Part shown: positions 12,451 to 26,793 of the stretch, in pieces | Position numbering within the stretch: the first letter of the stretch is position 1 | Layout: each line of letters starts with the position of its first letter | Assembly: GCF_963921235.1 (NCBI RefSeq) | Contig: NC_086097.1 | Coordinates: forward strand, 89,964,001-90,028,000 | From: Mobula hypostoma | Taxonomy: Eukaryota | Length of the DNA: 64,000 nt | Reading direction: 5' to 3' | Program-made: the position numbers and the translations under genes | Notes under the pieces: model-generated | Seen by the model: the letters and a program-made list of their open reading frames with translations, nothing else | Database searches by the model: none | What the model was told of the DNA's origin: nothing

Positions 12451-13828
12451 GTGTTTTGCTAACGTTTTCTCTCATTCATTCTCCGGGGCTTTTTTTCCCT
12501 GTTTCGTGGACGTCTGCAAAGAGTAAGAATTTTAGGCTGCATGCTGTATACATTCTCTGGTATTAAATTGAACCATTTGTTTCAATACACATGACAAATA
12601 AAGCTAATCTTTAAATCTTTAATCTGTACTTGCAGTGGGCAACTAACCGACCGACACGCATGTCTTTGTGATGTGGGAGGAAAGCAAAACGCCCGGAGGA
12701 AACCACCCATGTAATCGGAGAATATTCAGACTCAACACACGCAGCACCTAAGATCTGGACTGAAGCCAAGTTGCCAGAGCAGTGACGGAGCACCGACACC
12801 AGCTGTGCCTCTCAGCTGCCCTCCAACCCCGAGCAGAGAGGGTCTGCCATTCATTGTGCTGCCAGGGCGATGCCACTGTTTGTGAGCCAAAGGAAAAGTA
12901 GCCCGGGTTCGCAAAGGCCAGCCTCACCCACTAGCTAATTAGCTTATGGCCAACAGCACACCAGTCAATCACTGACAGCACCAGGCGTGATGTTATGCAG
13001 TATAGGGGCGCACACAGCAGGAAGGGCACATTCCAACTCAGCAGACACAGGCACGGATTAACTCTCTGCCTACTGCACTGCTTCCTCTGTTAGTGTTATG
13101 TTTTTTTCGATAGTTATGATTTACGATCTTGAAAACTTAGTAGGTTCGAGGGCCCTGGCCACGGGCACTCCTGTCTGGTATTGAGGAAACATTACTCTGT
13201 GCATCTTTTGTGGGTTAAACTCAGGTCAGTCTAACCTCTTGAGAACTGGCCTTGCGTGGCCCCGGAGTTCTGCCCAACCTTTACACCTCGTCACCAATTA
13301 TTTTCACATCGGTCTTTGTGGGAGCCAGCCAGTGTCAATAGATTACTGAGTTTCAAGAGTACATTATAACACCTCCTGGACAACCTGAGTTTGTAACAAG
13401 CCCAAGATGTCGACTGTTCACTCCTCTCTGTAAACGCTGCCTGAACTGCTGAGCTCCTACGGCATTTTGTGTGTGTTGCTCTGGATTTCTAGCATCTGCA
13501 GAATCTCTTGTCCTTATAGCTTGGGGATGTATAGATGCAAACTTAAAGGTGGTGGGGGGAGGGGATCTAAATCAAGGAAGTGATATTAGATAAGGATAAT
13601 ATTAGATAACTATATGAAGAAGAAAGTATCAGATTGGTGCAATAGCAGGCTGGGTTAAAGGAGTCTCATGTCAGGCACAAACATTGATCAGTTTCTCGAC
13701 TCTGGGGAAAGATTTTCTTTATGCTCTTGAATTCAGAGAATCACATTTCCTAAGCGATTATGAAAAATAGAAGGGAAAGGGTGAAGAATATCCTAAGATA
13801 TTTAGAACTGTGGAGTGATACTAAGGGG

Positions 13829-13991
13829 TGTGTGTGCATGTGTGCGTGTTCGTGTGTGAGTGTGTGTGTGTGTGTATGTGTGTGTGTGTGCGTGTGTATG
13901 CGTGTGTGCATGTGTGTGTGGATGGTGTGTGTGTGTGTGTGAGTGTGGATGGTGTGTGTGGATGGTATGTGTGTGCGTGTGTGTGTGGATG

Positions 13992-14022
<31 letters not shown>

Positions 14023-14087
14023 TGTGGATGGTGTGTGTGTGCGTGTGTGTGTGGATGGTGTGTGTGTGTGTGTGTGTGAGTGTGGAT

Positions 14088-14133
<46 letters not shown>

Positions 14134-14186
14134 TGTGAGTGTGGATGGTGTGTGTGGATGGTGTGTGTGTGCGTGTGTGTGTGGAT

Positions 14187-14232
<46 letters not shown>

Positions 14233-14243
14233 CGCACGCGCAC
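13829..14243. repeat. Compound (TG)n microsatellite with GTGGATGGT interruptions and terminal (CG)n
   Basis: Direct reading; produces the His/Thr and Cys/Val pseudo-ORFs in the track. Confidence 0.97.
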
Positions 14244-15269
14244 ATGATCCAACCATCCACAGTACATTTATGCTCTCTGGCCCAGTGCTAGCTTTACTTT
14301 ACTTTGGCCAGCTTGTCTCTGCTTCTGCTCTGGGTATGCATGACAGTAGCAAGCTGACTCCAATTCAGAGCCAGGAGTCGGTGGGTTCAGGTTTCCTTTT
14401 GGAATCCAGGTGCATAAGAACAGTAGATATTCCTCTTGAGGGTGCCTCATGAGTGAGCATTAGATCTCCCAACTCTGGAGGAGGAGAATGTCCTTGAAGA
14501 TTCATCAACAGTGACAGAAACGAAGTGCTTCATTATTTAGCACGTTCCGAGAGTATAAAGGATGTTTTGAAACCACACACACTGTAGGCATCTGCCAAGA
14601 CTCATCGGATGGCAATCTCACCGTGAATCAAAAAGTTTTTGCATCAAATCCTACACCGGATTACAAAACCCACGCCCGCCCATGCTCCAATGTGACTGCC
14701 ATAAGTAACACTTTTACATTACTCTGCCCATTCACATTGGCATAAAAGATGTTGCAAAACTTTCATGAAGCACAGGAGACTTCTCCCAGGCCTTCCTGTC
14801 CATATTTAGCTGTTTGTCACCCTCACAGGTTATCTAATTGTGATCACTCCACTCTCCAGTGGAACCTCGGTGTCTGCAACTTGCCTTTAGCACTTCCCAC
14901 CTTTCACTGGTACCTCATCGGCTGTCAAAAATTTAGAACATCCCAAGGTTATAAAAATGCTGTAAAAAGGTACTTTTAAGGAGGAAGACCAAAAGGTGTA
15001 AATAAATTAGCATTTATGTCTTTACCAAAGGTGGTAATGATATAGAGATTACTTCACAGAACAGTGATGAATGGAGATAAGGAAAGTGTATTTTTTAATG
15101 TTTGTATAATATCTTCCCCACTAACATATGCACAGGCATACATACACACATGTGCACACACAATACGATGGAAAAAAACTTCCCTCTATCTAATCGCTAT
15201 TACATTATAGAAGGATAAAGATGCTCCAGAGTTCCCCGCCCCGGGGAGGTTTCCAGTCAGATACCTATA

Positions 15270-16218
15270 CCGTCGTTGGCCATTTCAAAGGTGGTGACAA
15301 ATCAACATACAGGAGGGAGACTGAAAATCTCCCTGAGTGGTTCCACAACAACAATCTGAGATGAAGTAGCTGATTATCGACGACTGGAGGGGGAAAACGG
15401 AGGTCCTCACTGGGGATGGGAGGTGGCGAGGGACAGAAACTTTAAATTCCTTGGTGTTATCACCTCAGAGGACCTGCCCTGGTTCCAGTGCATGGGTGCA
15501 ATTACAAAGAAAGCAGGGCAGCACCACTATTTTCTTATAAGTTTGCGAAGGTTCAGCATGTTATGTAAAACTTTGAAAAACTTCTATAGATGTGTGGTGG
15601 AGAGTATACTGACTGGTTGCATCATGGCCTGGTGTGGAAACACCAATGCTGTGAATGGAAAAGCCCACAAGAAATAGTGGAAACAGCCTAGTCCATCACA
15701 GGTAAAGCCCTCCCCACCGGTGAGCACATCTGCAAGGAGTGCTGTCACAGGAAAGCAGCAGCCATCAACAAGGGACCCCACCATCCAGGCCATACTCTCT
15801 TCTTGCTGCTGCTATCAGGTAGGAAGTACAGGAGCCTCAGGACTCGCACCACCAGGTTCAGGAACAGTTATTATCCCCCAACCATCAGGCTCTTGAACCA
15901 GAGGGGATATATTCACTCACCCCAACACTGAACTGTTCCCACAACCCATGGACTCGCTTTCAAGGATTTTTCATTTTATGTTCTCCATATTTATTGTTTG
16001 TTTATTTATTATTATTATTTTGTTTTTACATCTTTTTGTATTTGCATATTTTGTTGTCTTTTGCACACTGGTTGTTTGTCCGTCTTGTTGTGTGCAGCTT
16101 TTCATTGATTCTATTGTGTTTCTTCAAAGTCACTGTGAATGCCGGCAAGAAAATGAATCCCAGGGCTGTATATCGTGACATTTATGTACTTTGATAATAA
16201 ATTTACTTTTAACTTTGA
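15270..16218 (+). mobile_element. Rex1/Babar-type LINE 3' part, decayed
   Basis: NFKFLGV...NFYRCVVESILTGCIMAWCG in ORF 15423-15677; tail tttgataataaatttacttt. Confidence 0.85.
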
Positions 16219-17084
16219 CCAATGTGATCTGGCTGCATCAGAGGAGCCAGGCAGAATGATGTTGGGAAGCTTAATTGACAAGCTTACTAAATGTTGAATT
16301 ACCTTTAGGTCTACGGGATGTCACAATTGGTCCTTCTTTCTAAAAAGTGAGTTATTTAGACAAATCAACCAAAAAAAATGTACTGCACTATATCATTGTG
16401 TTCTACTCTATCCTTTCTCCTTTTTCCCTTTTTTAAATGTACTGCAATGTTAGACACTGGTCTTTGGCCAAGAGGGAATAATCCCAGAATTCCTGCAAGA
16501 GCTCCCCCTGATGGCCAAGATTGGTCATGCCCCGATTCAATCCAAGTTCAATTCTCGAGGGCAATTAAAGGAGAACAGTGAGGTTGGATAACTGTAATTG
16601 TTTCAAATACCTCGGGCTAATAGAATTGCCAAGTTTGATTCCCTTCATCATCTTAAACACCTCAATTATGCCACTCCTTAATCTACTGAAAAAAAGATGT
16701 CCAATCTATGCAATCTATCCTCATAATTTAACTCCATTAGCCTATTATTCTGGTGAAGCTCGCCAAATACTCTCCCAGCCAAGTGCCCTGTACGGTTGAC
16801 AATACTCTGATTGACTTTGTCCAGAGCTCTAAATAACTATTGCAGACTGTATTCCCTTTTACTAGAGGTATAGTGGGGTTTCCTGCTAGCATCACCAGCC
16901 TTTGCAATCTGACTTGGTGCATGAAAATGGAAATAACAGGAAGAAAGGGTTTTTTTTTTAATTTGGCTGCTAACTGACAGGCATCATCAATAGACGGTCT
17001 TCCAGCAAGAAGAAATAATGCTTTATTGATTAAGGTTTATGGCAATCCTTTAAAAACAAACATTTAAAAAATGCCTAAGTAAGT

Positions 17085-17450
17085 GGCTAAGTAAAATGGT
17101 GGCAGGGTGGAGATACATCTCGATCAAAGGAGGTGTAAAGCTCCCCTTCCCTGCGCTAGCCTGCAGGTCACCCTTGGGCAAGGTATAGCACCTGCTTAGC
17201 GCCCCCCCCCCCACCCCACCCCAGATCAAGGTTATGTGAAGCCACAGGAACAGGTGGTGGATGGCTGTATGAGCATCACAAGTCCTGGCTGGGTTGAAGA
17301 GTATTGATAATGGCTGGGGCCATCCACTTTGTGAAGACACTGCCCAGAAGAAGGCAATGGCAAACCACTTCTGTAGAAAAATTTACCATGAGCAGTCATG
17401 GTCATGGATAGAGCGTGACTGCCCACATCATACGACACAACATACTGTAT
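17085..17450 (+). mobile_element. RTE-tailed SINE-like element
   Basis: 3' end gaagaaggcaatggcaaaccacttctgtag resembles the RTE/BovB-type tail. Confidence 0.55.
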
Positions 17451-17764
17451 AAGGAACAAACAAAGTAAGTGGTTGCTGTTTGTTCAGCTCATGAACAGGG
17501 CACAAGGACACAAAATATAGGATTATCTAGCTATCACTAGCAAAGCAGCCAGTTATCCCTTGCTGCCTGTCTTTCACTGCTCTTGACTGAGTATCATACT
17601 AGACCACTTCCGAGCCAACTACATGCCCGGAGGCACAGAGCAAGTATGAATTCCCTGTCTCAGAGGGCTCTGATGAACCAGATGGGTCCTCCTTTTTTTA
17701 ACCAACAATCCAGTCATATATACTGCCAACTGGTTATTGTCCTCAGTCCAACATCAATGACTGA

Positions 17765-18492
17765 ACTTGAAGTTTACATTTAATTGTTATTCAACCATAT
17801 ATGAATAACCATGAATAAAGCCAAGTGAAACAGCATTCCTCCAGCGCCAAGGAGCAAAATACAGTACCAACAGTCACACACACAGCACATATATCAGGAA
17901 AATACAGTCACACAAAAAATTTTAGTCCAAGACCCTGAGCCCGTGAACATTGTGCAATTGAGCACAGTTCTGGTGTCTTCTGCCGAGCGAGCACTAGGGG
18001 CACCACTGATTCCAGCTTGAATGCTGCGCCACATCACCTCTGGTGGAAGACATGAACTCTGACCCCTCCAGCTCTCCTGGGTGGCTGTAAACAGGCTTGA
18101 GGCCTAGTCCTTGCTACGACCAAGGCCACGCAGTTTCCCCGCCGTCCACCAATAAATCAGTGAATCAGACTGGCAGCATTCCACATTAACGGTGTTCAAC
18201 AGGGTCTTGCGATCACAAGAAAAGCAACTTAAGGAAATCACTTGCTGTTAGACCGCACATCGCCTTCGCACGCCAACTCCTTTGACGCGGACAGCAGCAC
18301 GATCCATGTCAAGTCCAGCTCCTTCAGTGTCTCTGCCAACAAGCAAATCACCAATGGGGTAGACCTGTACTTGTTTAAGTTCTTAATGTCCAGCAGAGTC
18401 CTTTGATCGTTAAAAACTATGTTTAAGAAAGACAATAACACCTTTGGTTGACCCGGTAGAAGCCGCTGTGATTGGATGTGTCACCATCTTAT
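17765..18492 (-). mobile_element. Non-coding retroposon with decayed AAGATGG(C/T)G 5' end
   Basis: Minus 5' end aagatggtgac at ~18480-18490; LINE-like tail ending aacttcaagttc. Confidence 0.5.
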
Positions 18493-18769
18493 TGGATCTT
18501 AACCTGGACTGAATTTAAATTGCACCGCTGCCACTGTGGAATTTGAACTTTGGGCTCCTGGTTGTTTGTCGAAGGATTTCTTGGCTGGTCGTTCAATTGC
18601 TCCACCACTGCAGTATTTCAGACTGACTGGTACAGAATTAGATAGTGAGCAAGAGGACATTTCACCCATTATATCAATGCCAGACTTTGAATGAACTAAT
18701 TATTACCATTCCCCTGCTCTGTTCGATCCAAGTATAAATCTGTTCTCTTTTTGAAACATGCTCATGCTT

Positions 18770-21030
18770 CAGGCAGAACATTCCAGATCCTGATCCACAT
18801 CACTAGATTCTGGAATGGTTCCTCAGGGCTGGAAAAATCGCAAATGTCACTTCACTCTTTAAGAAGTAAGGGACTTCAGTGGTTGGGAAGATTTTGGAGT
18901 CTATTATTGAGGATGAGGTCTCGGGGGTACGTTGGAAGCACATGATAAAATAGGCCAAAGTCAGCATGGTTTCACAGGGGGAAATCTTGCTTGACAAATC
19001 TGTTGGAGCTCCTTGAGGAAATAAGAGTCAGGATAGACAAAGGAGATTCAGTGGCTGGTAATTACTTCTGTTCTTATTTTGTGTTGGCGCGTGGCCAAGT
19101 GCTTAAGGCGTTCGTCTAGTGATCTGAAGATCGCTAGTTCGAGCCTTGGCTGAGGCAGCGTGTCGTGTCCTTGAGCAAGGCACTTAACCACACATTGCTC
19201 TGCGACAACACCAATGCCAAGCTGCATGGGTCCTAATGCCCTTCCCTTGGACAACTTTGGTGACGTGGAGAGGGGAGACTTGCAGCATGGGCAACTGCCG
19301 GCCTTCCATACAACCTTTCCCAGGCCTGCGCCCTGGAAACCTTCCAAGGCACAAATCCATGGTCTCAGGAGACTAACGGATGCCTATATGCCTTTACTTA
19401 TCTTTTATTTAGAGATACTGTGCTGAACAGGCTTTTCCAGACTGCAGAGCCGCACTGCCACGCAACCCACTGATTTAACCCTGGCCTAATCACAACATAA
19501 CGTTCAATGACCAACTAAACGGCTAACTGATACGTCTTTGGACTGTGAGAGGAAACCAGAGCACCCGGATGAAATCCATGCGCAGGTGGGAAGAACCTAG
19601 AAACCTTCTTACAGAGGATGCCAGAATTGAACTCAGAACTTTGATACCCCAAGCTGTAACAGCATCACGTTAACTGCTGAGCTACTGTGGCTCCCAGTTT
19701 TAGAAGACCTTTGACAAGATGCCACACTTGAGGCTGCTGTAGAAGATACGAGCCCATCATGGTACTACAGGGAAGATACTAGCATACATATAAGTTTGAC
19801 TGACTGGCAGGAGGCAAAGGTTGGGAATAAAGGGGACCTTTTCTGATTGGCTGTCGGTGATTAGTGGTTATTGACAGGGGTTGGTGTTGAGACCACTTCA
19901 TTTCACGTTATATGTCAATGATTCGAATGATGGAATTGATGGCTTTGAGGCCCAGTTTGAGGATGATATTGAGAGAGGTGGAGGGAAGAGAGTATTCAGG
20001 AAGATGGGCGTCTGCAGAAGGAATTAGATAGATTAGGACAATGACAATGTTCCCTCTAAGCTGTGTGTGTTTGTGCATGTACACATCTTTTGCTACTAGC
20101 TCACAAAGCAATTTGAATTGCGCACAGAAGTTTCTCAATTGTTGGCATGTTAAGGATAATTCACGATCGTAATCAATCACATTTCCAGTTTCTGATGCGA
20201 ACGATGCTGCAATGTGGAGTTTGCAATGACTTATCTGCAGATTTTAAAACTGGCTTATTTATACTGTTTGCATTGAAGAAATTATTCAGTATGCACATGT
20301 TGCTCTCACTGGACAAAAGACTGCATAGCACAAGAGTTTTGCACACATTGGGCAAAGAAGCAGCAGATGGAATATAGTATGGGGAAGTGTATAGTTATTA
20401 CGCACTTTGGTAGAAGGAATAAAGGCATAGACTATTTTCTAAATGGGGAGAAAGTTAACTTGGAGGTTGAATCAGTGGTAAGGAAGGCAACTGCAATGTT
20501 AGCATTCATTTCGAGATGACGAGAATATGGAAGTAAGGATGTAATGCTAAGGCATTGGTCAGAGCACACTTGGAGTGTTGTGAACAGTTTTGAGCCCGTT
20601 ATCTGAGAAAGGACATGCTGGTATTAAAACGATTAATGTATGAGACGTGTTTGATGGCTCTGGGCCTGTACTCACTGAAGTTTAGAAGAATGAGGGGAGA
20701 TCTATTAAAGCCTATTGAATATTGAAAGGCCCAGGTAGAGTGGACGTGAAGAGGATGTTTCCTACAGAAAGGGAACCTAAGACCAGAGGGCACAGCTTCA
20801 GAATATTATGTTCCTATAGAACAGAAACGTGGAAGAACCTCTTGGTGCGTGGTGAATCTGTGGAGCTCATTGCCAGGGGTGGATGTGGAGGCCATGTCAC
20901 TGGGTATATTTCCAATGGAGGTTGATTAGTAAGGGTGTCAAAAGTTACAGGGAGAAGCAGGAGAATAGGATTGAGAGGGATAATAAATCAGCCTCGATGT
21001 GCCAAATGTCCTAACTCTGCTCCGATGTCT
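18770..21030 (+). mobile_element. Fragmented CR1 LINE interrupted by SINEs
   Basis: Frameshifted RT motifs (DSGMVP..WK.ANVT, QSQHGF..GKSCLTNL, FDKMPH, R.HLECCEQF, RMRGDLLK). Confidence 0.8.
19084..19388 (+). mobile_element. Young tRNA-derived SINE (CORE/Meta-like centre)
   Basis: A box tggccaagtg, B box gttcgagcc, then gtgtccttgagcaaggcacttaacc; CpGs preserved; no tRNA 3' end. Confidence 0.8.
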
Positions 21031-21130
21031 TCTAGTCCTACCAAAACTTGTTGCAGTAAAACAAAATTATTTTCATGATACCCCTGGGTAGCCTGCCAAA
21101 CACCTTCAATCCCTACTCCTGTTACCTCTG

Positions 21131-21557
21131 ACAACACACATCAAAGTTGCTGGTGAACACAGCAGGCCAGGCAGCAACTCTAAGGAGAGGTACAGTCTAC
21201 GTTTCGGGCCCAGACCCTTCGTCAGGACTAACTGAAAGAAGAGCTAGTAAGAGATTTGAAAGTGGGAGGGGGAGGGGGAGATCCGGAATGATAGGAGAAG
21301 ACAGGAAGGGGAGGGATGGAGCCAAGAGCTGGACAGTTGATTGGCAAAGGGGATATGAGAGGATCAGGGGACAGGAGGCCTAGGGAGAAAGAAAAGTGGT
21401 AGGGGGGAAAAACCCAGAGGATGGGCAAGGAGTATAGTGAGAGGGACAGAGGGAGAAAAAGGAGAGAGAGGAAAAGAAAAAGAAAGTGTGTATATAAGTA
21501 AATAACGGATGGGGTACGAGGGGGAGGTGGAGCATTAGCGGAAGTTTGAGAAGTCAG
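21131..21557 (-). mobile_element. Penelope-like element 3' end with hammerhead motif
   Basis: Similar to 33854-34265; minus-strand AGUC-CUGACGA-AGGGUCUGGGCCC-GAAAC-GUA^GACUG at ~21193-21229. Confidence 0.85.
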
Positions 21558-24369
21558 TGGAAACAATTTTCTCCTATCTCCTCATCAAAATCCTTCATTA
21601 CTCTGCTAAACCTCATGCTCCAGTTATACTCCTAAAAGACCAAAGACTTACAGAAGCAAGCACAACTGAATTCTTTCCAACCACTGCAAGTTCTGTCTTT
21701 TGCCAACTTTATGATTTAAGTAGTTATCTTGTGTTTTGGTACGTCAGCGCCAAGTCTGGCCTGATACCGAGCTGTTAAAATCATAAAAGTCTTGGTTTCA
21801 CTTCTCCTTTTGAACACAACATTATCTCAAACAAGCAACCTGTATTCACAGGTGAGTTTACAATGTGAACACAAGCAGATTGCTCCTCACTTGGTCCCCA
21901 GATGCCACACATTCGCAAGTATTTACAGGGACCTTTACAACTGACAACAGCGACCCCTAGGGACTGGAGAGAGAGTACAAGAAAAGAGGCCTCTCTCTTC
22001 AAACCTGCCTTGTCATTCAATATGTAGATAGCTGATCTGCCCCACGGTTCTTCCGTGCCAGCTCCACATAGCCCTCAACTATCCAATACTTCAAAAATGT
22101 ATGCAGATCCTCTTTAAATACCCCTAATGATTTAGCCTCACCAATTTTCCAGGACAGAAATTTCAAGACAGGGGTTGTCATTCTAGATTATAAATCAGCA
22201 ATTATGTATTGGGTAAGTAGCATATACAGATGACAGGGTGAGGAGTCTGTGGAACTTCTGATTGGATTTCCAAGCAATGTTGAGCATGCATAGATTAGAA
22301 AAAACGGTGAATAGAATAGTCTGTGTGGAGATTAAAAGAATATGGAAACGGGCTACAATAAAGTGTTTATGGATATGACCATACTGCTATATTCCAGGAA
22401 AATGTAGAAAACACTTTGACCTCAGCAAGTATAAAGAAAAAGATAAAGATTAGCTTTATTTGCCATATACACATTGAAGCATTGAAACATAGTGAGTTGC
22501 ATTGTTTGTGTCAATGAGCAGTACATTCTGAAGCTGTGCTTGGGGCAGCCCAAAGTATCACCATGCCTCCAGTGCCAACACAACTTATTAACCCTTACTA
22601 ACCCATCTATCTTCGGAATGTGGTAGGACGCTGGAGGAAGTCCACATGATTATGGAGAGAATATAGAAACTCCTTACAGATGGTGGTGGGAATTGAACCC
22701 TAATTTTCTAGTTGCTGGTGCTGTAAGGCATTACGCTTACTGCTCTGCTAGTGCTGCCCTGTTCCATGAACAGCCAATGAGATGAACAACCTGCCAATAT
22801 GTTTGTCAGCATGTGGGTTAGTGAAGACACAAAGGGAAATTTCACCTCCACCCTTACCACTTAAAGAGGGAAGATGGGAGAATGATCTGAAAGCCCGGTC
22901 AAAGGGTAGCATCTTTAACAAGGCAGTGCTTCCTTGATATTGTGAGGCCTGGATAATGTGTAGATGTACCTATGGAGACTGGCTGTCTGGGATCATCTTG
23001 CAGAATGATCCATTACATGAGGAAGGGAATACAGTTGAAAGTTGATCACTTGCAGAAATGGTCATCTGGCAAAAAAAGACACGTGAAATACAATGTAGAA
23101 AGCAACACACACAAAATTCTGGAGATACTCAGCAGTCAACAATGAAGGAACTCTTCCTACAATGCTAGAGTTTGATGTCTCCTTGCAGGCTTCTGTCAAC
23201 AGGTCTTTTTTGTAACATCTATTATAATCACCCTACCAAATTCTATGACTTGAAGAATTACTAATAATATTCTTTTCAATCTGCTTCATCTTATTTGTCC
23301 ACCTGTGCTGCACTCTCTCTGAAACTGTGACACTATGTTCCACATTGTTACTGCTCTTCCCTTTGTACTGCCTCCATGTGGTTGTGATCTTGGAACATGT
23401 GACTGTAATAAACCAATCACTGACTGGCAGCTGAGTCTATGTGCCAGAGTCTCTAGAATGAGATTTAAATACACGTCATTTCATCTCAGATTGAAAAGTA
23501 CTAATTGGGCCAACATAAAGGGTTTTCTGTGAGAGGAAGAGATCACAAAACTCAAAAGAAAAATACCACAGATGCTGGACATCTGAAGTAAAACAGAAAA
23601 GGCTGCAAATATTTGGCAGGAATCCGTGGAGAGAGAAATAGAGTTTAATGTTTTAAGTTCATTCCCCTTCATAAGAACTGGGAAATAGTTGAAGACTAAT
23701 AAATGTTTCCTGTAACAGAGAAAAGTGAAAGGGGTAGAATTCTGAAACTGTAGATCAAGAGTGGGAATAACTGGATTCTTCTCAGGGTGACAATTGTAAC
23801 TCATGGGGTACAGGAGGGATTGGCATTTAGGCTTGATCTCTTCGTGATCCATATTCAGATGGTGGGAGATAAAACACCAAAGCAGCAATCAGTGTGCCGG
23901 CTGTAGTTGGAGGAAGGCCCATGTGCTCGAGCAATCCCTCCCCCCCCCACCTCTCTCTCTTTTGATGGAGAATGAGAGCCTGTCAGTCCTTGAGATGGGG
24001 GGGGGGTGCTTGGAGAAGAGATACAAGAGACTGCAACATCAGAACAGTGAGTTGCTGGTCTCTGCTCTCGTTGTGGCAGGAGCGATCTCTCTCTCTCTCC
24101 CTCAATGGAGAGAGGGAGAGCTTGTCTGAGATACTGAAGGGTTACGGACTATAGTATCAATGGACTCTGAATCAAGGCCTCTTTGGGGGCTTCTGCGGTC
24201 ATTTGCATGGTGCGGGGGGGAGTGAGGGTTCAATGCTTCTGCTGCTGCTTGGGTCTTTGATGTTTCTATCATTCACTTTATGGGGTTTCTTGTTTTGTGG
24301 GTGTCCATGAAGAGTACAAATTTCAGGTTGTATATGGTATACATTCTCCGATATTAAAATGAACCTTTG

Positions 24370-25100
24370 ACCCTTTGTCAAATGTCGTGTTTTCCAATTT
24401 GCCGATGACCTGGCACTAGGTGGGATCGTGGGTATGGCAGAAGATGTAAAGGGGCTTCCAGGGGATACAAGCAAATAGAGAGAATGGGTGAGAACCAGGC
24501 AGGCTGAATGTCAGGTGATTGAATATGATGTCATCTAATTATTTGCAAATAACAGTGTTTTTTTTAAATAGGGACATTCTAGTAAACATTTGTGTTGAAA
24601 AGGGCATAGATGTTCTTGTACACATGTTACATTGAAAGCCAAAATGCCAGTACAACCAGAAGATCAAACGCCAAATGGTCTGTTAGCCTATTTTATGCAA
24701 GGATTTGAGTACATGATTAAAGATGTCTCCTAGTGTGTGGCACTCAAAGTGCTGTGCACAGTTATGGTCTCCTTATCTAAAATGGATGCACCTGCCATAG
24801 AGGGTATACAACAAGGATTCACCCTGGGAGAGCGAGTTTGCTGTGTGGGGAGAGATTGAGTAGATTGGGATTGTACTTTCCCATTTAAAAGGATGAGTGC
24901 AGGGAGGATGTTTTGCCTGGGAGGAGGTCACAGTCTCAGAAAAAAAAAACTGAGGAGAAATTTCTTTACTCCAAAGGCTGTGAGCATTTGGAACTTGCTA
25001 CCCAGAGGGCTGCAATGATGCTGAAGTAGATAGAGCTACCATATCCGATCATTAGGCATAGTTGATCAGGCATGGAGTAGAGAGGGAGAGATGAGCAATG
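24370..25100 (+). mobile_element. Old CR1 RT fragment
   Basis: caatttgccgatgacctggcactaggtggg (QFADD..LGG), decayed downstream CR1 motifs. Confidence 0.65.
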
Positions 25101-25549
25101 AAACCATGTTGGGGCAGAGGAGGTTATGATTATGGTAGGGGTTTCCAATCTGGGGTCCAGAACCTTCAGTTAATAGTAGGGGTCCATGGCATTAAAAAAA
25201 ACGCTTGGGAGCCCCTGGATTGTGGAGTTAATTGTTAAAAAGTGCCTCAAACACGAGGGTTAAGAAGCTTGTCATGGTGGGGCGGGGTGGGGAGGGGTGA
25301 TCGTTAAAAAGGACTTAGATATGCTTGAGTTTGTACAAAAAGAACACTGGAAACTTGAGTCTCAAAGTACCAAAAGCTGTGTTTTCACTTCAGATGGGGC
25401 TGGTCTGGGGACAGTTTGTGGAGCTGAAAGCAGACAGCCTTTGTTTGGTTGTAGAGACTCCGATTAAGGGCCCTGTACCTGAACCCTTAACTCTTTCCCT
25501 CCCCCAGATGCCGCCTCGCCCGCTGAACGTATGCAGCATTTAGTTTTCG

Positions 25550-26600
25550 CTTTACTTCATGACGTCAGAAGTTGAGTTCAGGTTGAATAAGATGCCGAAT
25601 AGGGGCTGATTTCCAAAAGAACTGATAGCAAAGCTGAATAATAATTAATGAAACTGCTGAAAACCTCCTCCTTCTTGGGTAATGTTAGCGGCCACACGCC
25701 GCATTTCACTTCCGAAATCGCCTCCCAGTAACTTCATTGTTTACGCCAGCGAATCAGGAGCGCTGGCTTCGAAACTGCTTCGCTGTAGACTGGAGCTGTA
25801 AACACGAGACAGGAGCCGGGACCCAGGGGACGACCCGTCAGTCAGTCAGAAGCAATCTCTCTGCCTTCCAGCACATGTGAGCCGACAGCAAATACACGCC
25901 CGCCCAGATCGGCTAATACAGGGCCAAATTAGGGGGAGTTTGGGGCTAAGGTGTGACAGAGCATACACTGCAAAGGGCTGGCTTGTAATACAGTTCCCCT
26001 CCATGGCTGTCTTTGTTAAATGAGACAATCCAGGAATGGTGTGAGTCAATCAGGAAGTTATGGGGGGAGGTGGAATTCGAGTTATATGAAAAGTTTTAAC
26101 AGATGATTCACCGGAGAAGAACGTTGTTGTTCTGATCTTGTTAGGTACACACACACACAAGACTGACGATGGAGGAAGTGTTTGTTAATGAGTTAAGAAC
26201 GGAAGTAAATGTCTTGAAAGGACCGTGGTCTCGGTTACAGTGGATAGGAACTGTGTAGGATAAACAGACAGTTGCATCAGACAGTTATATTGAACGGAAA
26301 GCGCTCGGCGCAGGAGCGGAGGCAGAAGTAAATAGATGACTGCCGAGATACATTTGACACGCACACACGGTAATGCGTTATGTTAGCTACATTGAGTGAA
26401 CCATGTGAGACGGAGTCGATATCAATGCACGACTACAACGGGGGCACAGATAATCGGGAGTTACAAAGGACAACAAGGTGAGACTGTGACAGCGAGTTAC
26501 TTGGGCAGCGAGGGAGGCGCAGTACATCAGATCGCGACACTCACTGAAAATGAGTTACATTACAGGTAAATAGGGCTTCCCAGAGGCATGGGTTACAATT
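25550..26600. promoter_or_regulatory. CpG-enriched candidate enhancer/alternative promoter
   Basis: Unique sequence with preserved CpGs; perfect CRE tgacgtca 25560-25567, forkhead tgtttac/gtaaaca (~25738, ~25798), AP-1 tgagtca 26042-26048, several ETS ggaagt. Confidence 0.45.
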
Positions 26601-26667
26601 TGACGCTAGACATTGCAGCTATAGCGAGTGCGTGATTGGAACGAGCCGGAAAGAAGGATAGACTAAT

Positions 26668-26793
26668 AAACAAGAGAAAATCTGCAGATGCTGGAAATCC
26701 GAGCAACACACACAAAATGCTGAAGGAACTCAGCAGGCCAGGCAGCATCCATGGAAAAGAGTACAGTCGACGTTTCAGGCCGAGACCCTTCAT
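26668..26793 (-). mobile_element. Penelope-like 3' end fragment with tail
   Basis: aaacaagagaaaatctgcagatgctggaaatc...cagtcgacgtttcaggccgagacccttcat; hammerhead 5' box truncated. Confidence 0.8.

Noticed and set aside
13750..14452. Long His/Thr- and Cys/Val-rich ORFs
   Set aside because: Translations of the (TG)n/(CA)n satellite
19084..19160. tRNA gene
   Set aside because: A/B boxes continue into a SINE body; no acceptor-stem closure or Pol III terminator
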